DNA of 64,000 nucleotides from Leptogorgia sarmentosa (Eukaryota): NCBI GenBank assembly GCA_964658305.1, contig OZ210884.1, positions 6,386,001 to 6,450,000 of the forward strand, read 5' to 3'. Shown piece by piece: positions 52,949 to 64,000 of this stretch (position 1 is its first letter; each line of letters starts with the position of its first letter). The notes under the pieces were generated by a model. It saw only the letters and a program-made list of their open reading frames with translations, ran no database searches and was not told where the DNA came from. The position numbers and the translations under genes were made by a program.

Positions 52949-55900
52949 ATGGACTCGGAAAGTAACAGAATGCAACTGTCAGATGAAAAATATTTAGGTA
53001 GCTATATATACTGTACTACAGACCACTTGTCTGAGTAATATCTGGCTTTCTCTTGCAGTAACATATTATAGCCAAAATCAACAATTCCCCTTCAGCTCTT
53101 CTACTCACTATCTATAAAACAATACAATTACATTCAAAGTTCTGAGCAAATGCACTTTCACACTAATTCTCAACAAAGGGCCTTTGCTCGAAATGTTGAA
53201 TCTCATTGTATTTAGTTAGCGAGTAAAATCCTCCTGCTGTTTGATGTAGCGAAATAATGTCTGTGGTCAATGCAGTATGTGTATGCAATGTATATGTTGC
53301 CTGGTACAACTACAGTCTGGTGAGAATGAGACTCAACATGGCATGAGTTATAATTTCACACAGTTACAGAACCTTGATTTCAGGATAGTCCCTGACTCCT
53401 GTTGTTGATGAAAACTAATTCACAAGTTGTTCATGAATTCTTTGAATATTTGTATGTTATGGTACCTATCAGACCCCATATTTTGACCGAATCATAATTT
53501 CCTAATTTTCATAAAATGATAAGAAGAAATTGTCTATGTATTTTAATTTTTTATAGCCAAGCATAATGTGTTGACATATATACAGGTGAGTAAAACTAAG
53601 CATGTTTAGTTCAGCTAGTCTGCATTGCAATAGATGTTGGTGGTATAATTTGCAGATGGGAATTTTCACAGTGCTCACCGTAAATTTTCCGCACAGCTGC
53701 CAAAGAGTGGATGCCCTGAAGGCTTCAGTCTTCAGACTAATAACTTCTTTCATTTACCAGGATGCTATCAGTCAGTTGCTACAACACAAAGATGACAACC
53801 CTCAATTTGTGCCAGCAAAGTTTTTAAATGACTAGTAAGAAACAGTAGCGTAGCCAGCCCGACAATTTGGTCATGCTATGCAAATTTTACTATGTTCATA
53901 GACCGTAAAAACAATAGATTTCTAAAATTATAATATAAAATTATATAAACTATAATTATGTGAAATTTGCATAGGATGACCAAATTGTCGGGCTGGCTAC
54001 GCTACTGGTAAGAAACACTGCCTTTCATTTCACATTACATTCTGGGGCTGATTGTTCAAAAGCCAGCCCTGGGTTGATTAAAAAAGGCAAATTTTTCCAA
54101 CCGCTTGTTTATAAATTTAGAAATATTTCTTCAGAGATCTTCATTAAAGTTTTGAAGTACAAGCAAAACTACATCTGGAACAAACTAAAAACTACAAACT
54201 GAAACTCTTTATTGTATTTTAACCAAGGGTTGCCATTTATAACTATCTTTGAACAACCAATCTTTGACTGTTTGTGCAGCATATGACTTAAATACAGTCT
54301 ACAGATTACTCCATAATGTACCATCTCTGAATGCTCTTGGCTTACATCAACAATTTCTGGGGGCTTTTTGTACTCTAGTAGTGTAATTATATTTTATATA
54401 AGTTTAGTGATAATAGGAACGAGCGAGGTCAATGCAAAAAACAGAGGTCTGATATTTTACAGTACAGACCGAACAAGCGAGGTCAATAATCCGTTTATTT
54501 TATGGATGAATTGGGTTTTGAGCATATGCTTTTCGCGCAAATTAAATCGGCTATATCGGAATTAAATATCAGTTTCACTTAAAGTATACGGTACATATAC
54601 ATGTTCAATAAAAACAATTTGATTGTTTGGAATTTTTGTCTGTAAATTTTATTGAAATTGGAAAATTAAAAAGCAAAAATATTTTCTGTTTGTAAAGCGA
54701 AATTTCCCGCCGATAAACGACATCCGGGACACCGGTCCAGATACGGAAAATACGGACCACGGTCCGGATAGCTTGAGAATAGAGAATTTTGAAAAGCCAT
54801 ATAATAAAGGCCGGTATAGTCGACAACTCATGGCCAATCCTAAATTTAATTTTAGTTTTCGCTGTGTGGTGAAAGGTAATCACACATTATTTCGCGAGTA
54901 CAACTTTATCCATGCCACTCCTCATAATCGAGCTTCATTCATTGCCATGTTTTGGAAATGCTTCAAACACATTGGACAAAGTGGAGGTAAGATCAAAGTT
55001 ATTTTTTTTTACAAAATAGACAGCAAGTTATTTCTTTTTTTTTTAATGTGGTGTAAAATTCAAAGGTTCAAAGTGAGAAACACACGTGAAATTAAACTTT
55101 CATCCCACAAATTTAGACAATTGAATGTGCAGTATTTAATGGAATCACAACTCGTTTTTTTTTCACTTCATAACGTTAGGTTAGTTTACTTTATTCAATT
55201 TGTTTTAGATCTCCTAAGTGTAAAAGAATATCATTCATTACTTTTGCTGATTTGTTCTGATTTTCCGCATGAAATTGTCCAGAAATCTGCAAGGTAAACC
55301 CCCTAAACTACTAAATTTCTCACGGACTATAATTTAATTTGTTCCCAAATTTTTGTTTACTAAACATGAATAATAAGTTTCTACTTGTAAGTTTCATAAA
55401 AGAAAAAAAAAGATGTCAGTGATTAAAAAAAATGAATGAAACGAAATGGATTTCTATTCTCGTGATATATCATCGAGTATTAAAGGTCAAGAAATAATAA
55501 CTTTTTGACTTCAGAATTGTGCTGATGGAAGATGCAATGGATTGTCTTATGTCTTTCTCGGATTTCCTCTTAGCTTTCCAAATGCAGTTATATTACGAAG
55601 GTCAGTTACATGAAGTATACAGGAGGTGCATGTCTGCCCATGACGAAATCGCCAAATTGAGAAATAAAAAAGTAAAAATTTGGCCGACTTTAATTTACAT
55701 TATTGAGAGCAAACTATTCTAAGTTCCAAAATTCATTCAAGGTTTCCCTTCAATTATTTCAGAGTTTCTAGCAAAATGCAGCGAAATCTACGACGAAATT
55801 GCGAGTGGTTCCCATAGGACAGGTCAAGTTGTAGTCGTTCCCACATCTGACTCTAAGTCAAAACATCACAAAACTACGGAGAGAGTGTCGCAGCAGGAAT

Positions 55901-56483
55901 CAAGTAACAACTTAGAAGGAGTTGATTCAATGTCGTTTTATGATGAAATTCTGCACCATGTTGTACATCACAGCTCTACGGCAAATACGATAAGGTATTC
56001 TGTCCGCATGTGACATAATTTTCTATTTTTTTATACATTGTGAAACTAGCAGTGCATTAATGTAAAAAGATACTTGTTTTTATGTAGGCATCTTTATAGT
56101 CTACCAGTAATCCATTTGTAAATTGTAGCAAATATATATTAATATCATCATCATCATTATCATCATTATCATCATTAGAACATCATCATTATCAATAATT
56201 TCATTTATCAGTATACCTCCTTCGGAAGCATTGAAACAGATTCTTTCATCTGCCAACCGTGTCACATTTTATGGCTTTCTCATGGCATTGGCTAAAAACG
56301 ATTTAATTAACCACAGTATTGGTATGTTTATCTTATCCTTGAAACTTTGTGAATTGAATCGTGAACCTACAAAAATACAATGCACATCGTCAATTTACAT
56401 GCTTAACAACGATGCTGTAATGTTCATTAGGTGCTGTACCACAGAAAGGTCGATTGACGGACGAAGATGCTTCTGAAAGATGA
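52949..56483 (+). CDS. CSTPP1: CSTPP1/C11orf49 (UPF0705) homologue
   Basis: Exons 52949-52997, 53557-53585 (AKHNVLTYIQ), 53761-53834 (DAISQLL), ~54856-54986 (LFREYNFIHATPHNRASF), ~55209-55293, ~55515-55600 (IVLMEDAMDCLMSFSDFLLAFQ), ~55762-55994, ~56212-56321, 56432-56483; motifs closely match C11orf49. Confidence 0.88.
53843..54007. mobile_element. hAT-like MITE with 8-bp TSD
   Basis: TIR CAGTAGCGTAGCCAGCCCGACAATTTGGTCAT / ATGACCAAATTGTCGGGCTGGCTACGCTACTG; TSD GTAAGAAA (53835-53842, 54008-54015). A degenerate relative lies at ~9790-9925. Confidence 0.9.
54410..54808 (+). mobile_element. Partial member of the hairpin-element class
   Basis: gaacgagcgaggtcaat/gaacaagcgaggtcaat head; tttattttatgg inverted at terminal ccatataataaa. 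Confidence 0.4.
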
Positions 56484-57834
56484 AAGTTAACGTTACTGTA
56501 TATTATTTCAATATTCTCACTAAAAAAATGCTTTATAAGAATACTGTGTAGTTAAGTGTAGTCTCTAGCTTTGTTGGTATTACTATATTTTAATATTTAT
56601 TCAATTATATTAAAGGTGCCCTCCACTCATAATGTAAACAAATGCTTTGTTGACATTTTGAACAGCTATATTTGTAAAATATGATAATACTAACAGCATA
56701 TCTAACGCTGTTTTGGTTTGCTATGGTCATAAATGGATATAAACCAGAGTTTTGATTCAAAAAAAGTTCGGAACATTACAAAATTTTTGCAATGTTATAT
56801 CTGCGGGTCCCGATTTGTTATGAGCAGAACGGAGTGGACATCACCTTTAAACTTCGCCGTTATTATTAATGCCATACATACAGTACATGTCAAGGTTGTC
56901 ATAACAGTTTCACAACATAACTATGGCTTTTTAAATTTTATATTCATCCCACAATGTCCTTGCCACTGCCCTTGGACATCAAAACTTAGTTGCAAGGCGG
57001 AACAATAATTATCTTCAATGGTTTGTCAGAGTACGTGCTCGGTTGCGATCACGATACTAAATTGCAAGAATTAACACGATTGCAAAGTTTAGCCAGAAGA
57101 GAAAGTCATCCAAGATGGCGGGAAGGATTATGTTATTTTTACATGTCTATATATTTATATTATTCCTTCGGATCTGTACCCAACCAAAAAAATGCGGGCA
57201 GATAAGGCTGCTGTGGAGACGTTGACGACATGTTTTCCTTAGACAATTAGCCACGCTACTTCAATGGCGATGCCGATGTGACCAACTTTTATAATCTACG
57301 GCACTTTATTCACGTGTTAATTTTGGATAAAAAGGAATAATTACATGTATTTATGTATTTCCTTACTTTAAGTTTTCGGGCCCTTATTGCATTTAAATGC
57401 TGACAACATGGTGGAATTGGTACCACGTCATGGAAATAACTGAAGGCAATGCCTCCTCCGACCAATCGCTACACTACCGCCTCTATTTTCAACAAGCTCT
57501 TCAACAAGCTGTGAAGTGGACAAACAAGCTAAATGTTTTCACATAATATGCTCGTAAATTTTTATTTCTTCATTAGCTGCCTATACAGAATTTCTACTAG
57601 TATCAAGAAATATCGGACCTTTCATTACTATACATTATCCCATACATCATTTCTAGTGTTGTTATTCCCCATAAGATACATTTAATGCGAGTATATATCA
57701 GAAAATTGTTCATCCTTTTTAGTCCAATTATTTTCCCAACTAGAACTAAATCTAATAATAATTACGCTTGTTAATATACTTCTATTTTAACTTTCTTCGT
57801 TCGTTTCTCGGGCAAATAATTAAAACGGCTGACG

Positions 57835-60800
57835 TTAATATCCACGTTCTGCAAGCTTTTCTCGTACCCAGGGTGTAAACAATGCTGTGTTGGTGTAAAC
57901 TCCATAAAGTTCTGGTCGGGCGCAACCTACTCCCCAAGACACCACACCACCAAGGATAAACCTTGCGTTACTGCGATCAAAACACGTCAGCGGTCCTCCA
58001 CTATCTCCTTGACATGCGTCTGTACCTCCTTTCTTATATCCGGCGCATAGCATATTGGTCGTGACTTTCCTGGGTCTCAGCAAGCTAGCGTACGACTACA
58101 AAACAATATTATAGAATATTATTTATTTAAAATAATTCAAGAGCTTTGATTGGTTAAGAGCAGTGGGTGAATTCGTCATATCTGCTGGGTAAAACATATA
58201 TACTGTACCACATTATGTCGTACAGTATATTGAAAATTATATGATATTATGACGTCGACTAATTGATGCTGCTTATGTTAAAAGCGGCGAAGTTCTTGTT
58301 TACAATGCAACCGTTTACACGAAGTCGGATAAAGATGCAAATAAATAATAAAACAATTATTAAATTCGGTACTCGTAGGTAAGGATATGCTGAATTAATA
58401 ATTCCTCATATCCTACTCGACCTCATTCTATAATTGTTTAATACTAGTTATGATCAGGAGCATTCGGAGGGCATTTCGAGAAAGAGGGGGAAGGAGTGGG
58501 CTGGCAGATTTGGGTTCTTTTTTGTTCTTTATAGTTTGTACAACATCCTTTTCTCGCTTAATATATTTTCCAGATATTACCTTCACGCAAGTTTTCAGCG
58601 GTACTATCCTCACATTCGCCTCCAAGAGTACGGCAGATTTCGCGCCAGTCTGTGAAACACGTCCAAAGCCTGTGACCTTACATAAATCTGTCGCTGTTAA
58701 CACTGTATCGTTTTCCGGCATACAGAGCGGGCGTACATGATCGTTAAACACAGCGTAATTGTCCAACTGTATTAGAGCAATGTCCTTATCATATGGTGCA
58801 TCAAATCCATAGTCCTGATGAACTAGTATTTTTGAGCCTCTGAATCTTTGTTCGTGTCCAGACTTGACAGATTGGTCCACCTCGCCGATCACAATATACA
58901 ACTCATCAGCTAACCATCCCGATACACAGTGGGCAGCGGTTACCACCCACTCGTCATTTATCAGGGTACCACCGCATGTAATATTACAGTGGGCACATTT
59001 TTTAATCCCAACTTGCCATGGATAGCTACCAGCTGCTGCTCTTGTACCGTTGACAACCCCACCTACTCGGCCTTTCGTTCCACACCTAATATTTCTATTT
59101 CCCACTGGTGGAGGTGGTTTAGGAGGGGTGACAACTGGCGGCGTCACCGCAGGGAAAGGCGGGACAGGGGGTGTGTTGGTAGGGAGTGGAGGGGGTATTA
59201 GTGTACCTACGGGGGGAAGTGGTGGTGTAATGCCATCGGTCGTTGGAAGTGGTGGACGTGGAGCTGCTGTGGTTGGTTGGGTAGTTGTAGGAGGGTTAGT
59301 TGTGGTGACAGGTGGATTAGCGGTACTAGGTGTGGTTGTGGTCCCTTGCGTTGAAGCTATTTGGGTTGTTGTGGGAGTTCTGGTTGTTGTCACTTTTCCT
59401 AAAAAAAACAATTTCTTATGAATTACAATACAATGTCACCAGGATTTTTGGCAACAAGCTTGAATGAAGACTCAACAGATCGAAATTGATTATGGAATGC
59501 TCATAACGTTACACATGGCAGACACATGCATATATTACACTTGCACAAATTGAAGTTAACGTAATAAAAATATAGAACCATATATACCATTGTCGCAAAC
59601 AGTCAATCCTGAACCCAAACGAGACCAAGCGCAGCTTCCCTTGCCAAAACAAGAAAGCCTGGCATTGACGTTGTAACCAAACGGCAGGCCACTATAAGCA
59701 AATGCCACCAAGAACCTACTAGGGTTACTACTGGTCTTCAGTTTGTTACCAGAACATGACCACCGTTGCTTTTGATTTGACGCGGAACAAGGTTGAAAAT
59801 GAATACTGTTAGACCAGTCATAGGTTAGGCAGGCTCCGTTGTATTTTAATTTCAATTGATTGTCATCTGTCCATTGCCACAACTGTCTTCCAGAGTTGCG
59901 ATCACAGGTATCCAGTGTCATTACAGGTGCAATTCGTCTGTAACCTAATGTTAGTTTTGACTTATCGCGCAATGCAAGACACTTGTTGAAAGCTGAGTGT
60001 TTTATCTGAATCCACGAATTCTGAGATGTAGTCTCTGTAACGAATAAAACAAACATAGCTTAAAAATGCATTTAATCGACATTGCGTACGGTACGAGCGT
60101 TTGAGTTCACTAAAAACAAAATGATGAAACAATGCATACATTGCTAGCTAAAACAGTGGAAATGTGACACTGACATGGAAAAAGTTAAAAGTTACAACAA
60201 TAAGCCCCTTTTCGGTAAGGTATTCAAATAATGGATGTCTTTGCAATGGTGAGAATATTTTCATGATTCCAAATATTCTATTTGACGAGGCGACGGCCGA
60301 GAAATCTGAAACTTTCTGAAAATTCTGGAACGTTCTTCAAATTTTTGTTTCGCGGGCCAGTTATGGGACATCCAGAACATTTTTGTCTTAAAAAGGATGT
60401 GTTACCTACCATCTTCACCACAAAGTGATTTCGAAGAGCCATAACGTCTGAACACGCAACTGTTGCTCACTTTGGAAGATACTACGACATTACCACCTCG
60501 TCGGCCGCTATAAAGGACTGGCACTAGGTACAAATTCTTGTTCTTCAGTTTTAGATAACGGCCATGGCAAATCCACTCTTGATCGACTGAAATAGAATTG
60601 CAAGGTTGCATTGCTACTCCGTATGTTCTACCGCGATAACCACGCCAAACACTGACGACAGAGAGACATTGTTGGTTAAGAGCCGATTTTAGACGTCCAC
60701 TTGATGTCCAGCTCCAACTTTGCCCCTTGCTCTGGGGAATGCATGACCTCAATTGCAATCCAACAACTACTCGCTTAGTGCCGAGTCTCCAATTGTATCT

Positions 60801-63800
60801 AACCTGGCGAACTACTGTGAGACATTTTTGGTAACCTGCGCTCTCGATCTGGAAATATTGTGATGACTTGTTAGCTGAAAAAAAAGACATTCATGATTTA
60901 GGGGGATTAGTATAGCAGTCAAGCATACACAACCCTAATTATACTTGAAATATATGATCATGAAACAGATCGAATTTGACATTCAAGAAGACTCGTCGCC
61001 TTGAAACGACCAATTCATGTCTTTCTTTTACCATGCACCTATGACCTGATCATTGGGCCTGATATATCTACCATTTGATATCTCTCTAGTATAATGTGTA
61101 GCATGTTTAACTTGTTTAAATTTTTATACATTTCTATCATTCCAACTAAAATTTATCATTTTAACCGATGGAATCGCTTCGTTGGCTTTTAGCGAACACA
61201 GGAAACTGGCGATATTTTATAATGGTTTCTGTAGCTATTTGGCAAAGATATTTCCTCACTATAATGAAATAGAAACATGGTATTTATTTTATTGTTGAAT
61301 TACAAAAACCTTTCAACACACCTGTAGGAGTTGAAGTTGGAGTGGGAGTTGGAGTTGGAGTGGGAGTTGGAGTTGCGGGTGGTGTTGGGCAGTAGCCACA
61401 AGCTCGAGGACAATTTCTTTTCATCCACGTTTTAAGGAGTTTGCAATAACCTTTAGCTTGATACCCAGGACACCAGCTATACTCCCGCATATTGCAGCCT
61501 GAATAAAAAATCAAAAGTTCAACACACATTGATATCAATATATATATATATCATAAAGATATATTGTTCATGCAGTGCTAAATAATTTTGTCACAGTTGC
61601 AGTCTTATTTTTGCAAAGCTTTCGATTCGTAAGCCCCTTTTCTATATACATGTATATAGTTATAGTTATAATCGGTTATAAATGACTGATTGATTGGCTT
61701 GTTTTGTATATACGCACAAAATATTAGAACTTCGTTCGCTTTTTGCGAATACAGGCGAATGTACGTAGCTAGTATTATGTGTAGCATGTTTAGATTTTTA
61801 TACATTTCTATCATTCCAACTAAAATTTATCATTTTAATGGGTGGAATAACTTAGTTCGCTTTTAGCGAACACAGGAAACTGGCGATATTTTATAATGGT
61901 TTCTGTAGCTATATTTGGCAAAGATATTTTGTCACTATAATGAAATATGATATTTTTGTTTTTGAATCGCGTAACAATTTTTGATGAATAAACATGGTAT
62001 TTATTTTATTGTCCAATCACATATTATTGGTATGTTGCCACGTACAAAAATCTTTCAACACACCTGTAGGAGTTGAAGTTGGAGTGGGAGTTGGAGTTGG
62101 AGTTGCGGGTGGTGTTGGGCAGTAGCCGCAAGCTCGAGGACAGTTTCTTTTCATCCACGTTTTAAGGAGTTTGCAATAACCTTTAGCTTGATACCCAGGA
62201 CACCAGCTATACTCCCGCATATTGCAGACTAAATAAAAAATCAAAAATTCAACACACATTGATATCAATATATATATAACCATAAAGATATATTGTTCAG
62301 TGCTAAATAATTTTGTCACAGTTGCAGTCTTATTTTTGCAAAGCTTTCGATTCGTAAGCCCCTTTTCTATTTAACAATTAGATTACGAGCTCGAGATTTC
62401 TATGAGGTGATAGTTGATGAGGGCGAAGCCCGAATCAACTATCATCTCGTAGAAATCGAGAGCGAGTAATCTAATTGTTTTAGTAGAATAAGAGATCAAA
62501 CATGAAAATATTGCAAAAAATAATTTAAAACCGCGTGTCAGAAGACATTTTCTTGAACGAAAATTCACATCTTTTGCTACTCGCTATCTATCGAGGAATA
62601 GATAGCGAGTAGAGTAGCCAATCAAATTGCAGCATTTGCAATAGTATACGAGTATGATTCTACTAAATATAGTTATAGTTATAATCGGATATAATTGACT
62701 GATTGATTGGCTTGTTTATACGCAGAAAATATTAGAACTTTTTTCGCTTTTTGCGAATACAGGCGAATGTAGCATCGATGCATTGTTTATCTAAAAGAAA
62801 ATTTGGCTACCGTTTTATCGTTATATTAATAATAGCTATACTGATCTTAGCACAAGCGAACAAAAGACTTTGTGAGACAAGCGAAGCGAAGACTTCTGGT
62901 GTGGCTGTAACGAAACATGATATTTTTGTTTTATGAATCAGCTAATAATTTGTGATTAAGAAACATGATATACGATATTTTATTTTCGAATAATTTTGTG
63001 TTTGAGCTGTGAAAATTATATTAATTGATATAATCCATACGAAATACAGAATTTTTGTCGACAAACCTGCAGTACTAGTTGGGGCCGGTGTTGCGCAGAA
63101 GCCACAAGTCCGAGCACAATTACTTTTCATCCATTTTTGAAAGAATGTGGAATTGCAATAACCCCTAGCTTTAAAAGTAGAACACAACTGATTCTCACGT
63201 CCACTGCAGCCTGAATAAAAATATTTTAACGGTTGAGTCTCCATTATTTAACCGGTGCGTCAATTGTTAATTTATATTCTATCAACATGCACATATTTAT
63301 TATATCAATAAAGATATCATTCAGTACTGAATAAGTTCTTTGTACGTTTGCATGGTAAAAAATAGAATTAAAAGCTTTCGGTTCGTAAGCCCGGATCCTC
63401 ATCAGTGCTAATAATCAGATATTATACCATTGATGAACATCCGTGATCGAAAAAAAATAAAATACGTAGTGTATCTACAAAGTATAAAACTATAAATTAT
63501 AAAGAGATGATGATTTGGCTGTTGTGAAAAATGTAGGGCTTGATTCCTGGTAATAATCAGTCTGATAATCGCAGATGTGCATCCAGCCTTTAGACGTTAC
63601 TTGCGAGCTTTTGTCTTTACCAGTCTGTAACTATACCCTTCGAAAAGTCACATAGACAGCTGAGTATAGTTTCGGTATCCTTTACCAAATTGTAGGCTAC
63701 ACATGCCCGCAGTGGTAGTCGCGAGAGCTTGTGAATAAATAAATATTTAGTCGTAGAACATCTAATCTTTTTCATTTCGATTGTTAATCAGTTGATGAAT

Positions 63801-63994
63801 AAGCCGCAACAATCGTAAATAACAATGATTGGAAATTTAATGTTAGCTTCATTTTCAAATTTCAACAAAAATATATAGAAAGCAACATACGAACCTTTTC
63901 CCCTGTTTCTATTGAAGGAAATACGAAGAGTGGAGATACATGCGCACAAACATAACAGCAAGAGTAAAGTTCCCAAAGTACGATTCGTCGCCAT
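57835..63994 (-). CDS. Secreted S1A serine protease with 3 ShK domains, 2 ricin-B-like domains and a Pro/Thr linker
   Basis: Signal-peptide exon 63994-63895; ShK exons ~63210-63067, ~62228-62063, ~61498-61322 (6 Cys, ...C..TCG.C/C..ACG.C); ricin-B-like exons ~60873-60410 and ~60033-59579 (KCL, Q-x-W repeats); linker plus protease ~59398-58581 and ~58096-57835 with TAAHC, DIAL and [10 protein letters not shown]. Confidence 0.9.
58120..58441 (-). mobile_element. Hairpin-element class member in reverse orientation
   Basis: aaacaattat...ataattgttt hairpin 58351-58440 and a tgattgg box at ~58147, mirroring the 62371 layout. Confidence 0.45.
61094..62770. repeat. Recent tandem duplication of an ShK exon with flanking intron
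   Basis: Unit A ~61094-61776 and unit B ~61777-62770 share near-identical exon and intron sequence. Confidence 0.9.
62371..62667 (+). mobile_element. Long-hairpin element inserted in duplicate unit B only
   Basis: Absent at the equivalent site of unit A (~61645); ~105-bp hairpin with GGGCGAAGCCC apex; tttagtagaat / attctactaaa inverted repeat. Confidence 0.85.
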
Positions 63995-64000
63995 TTCTAA

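Noticed and set aside
59050..59421. Gly/Val-rich plus-strand ORF
   Set aside because: Antisense of the protease Pro/Thr linker.

Overview
AT-rich, intron-rich animal genomic DNA, most likely cnidarian (inferred from ShK domains, gene set and repeat types). Nine protein-coding genes are supported: the 3' part of an LRP4-like receptor (+), two divergent HS2ST/UST-family sulfotransferase paralogues (-/+), an Amt ammonium transporter with non-canonical pore residues (-), a KIAA1549/UPF0606-like membrane protein with a 5.7-kb repetitive mucin exon (+), PIH1D1 (-) head-to-head with intronless SPC24 (+), CSTPP1/C11orf49 (+), and a secreted 3xShK-2xricin-B-trypsin mosaic protease (-). Introns and intergenic DNA carry many MITEs, a family of TSD-less long-hairpin elements (one with a filled/empty site pair), a Crypton-like recombinase relic, Penelope-like termini with minimal hammerhead ribozyme cores, and minisatellites. 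Exon boundaries were read by eye from GT-AG sites and frame continuity and may be off by a few bases; family assignments rest on remembered motifs, not database searches.
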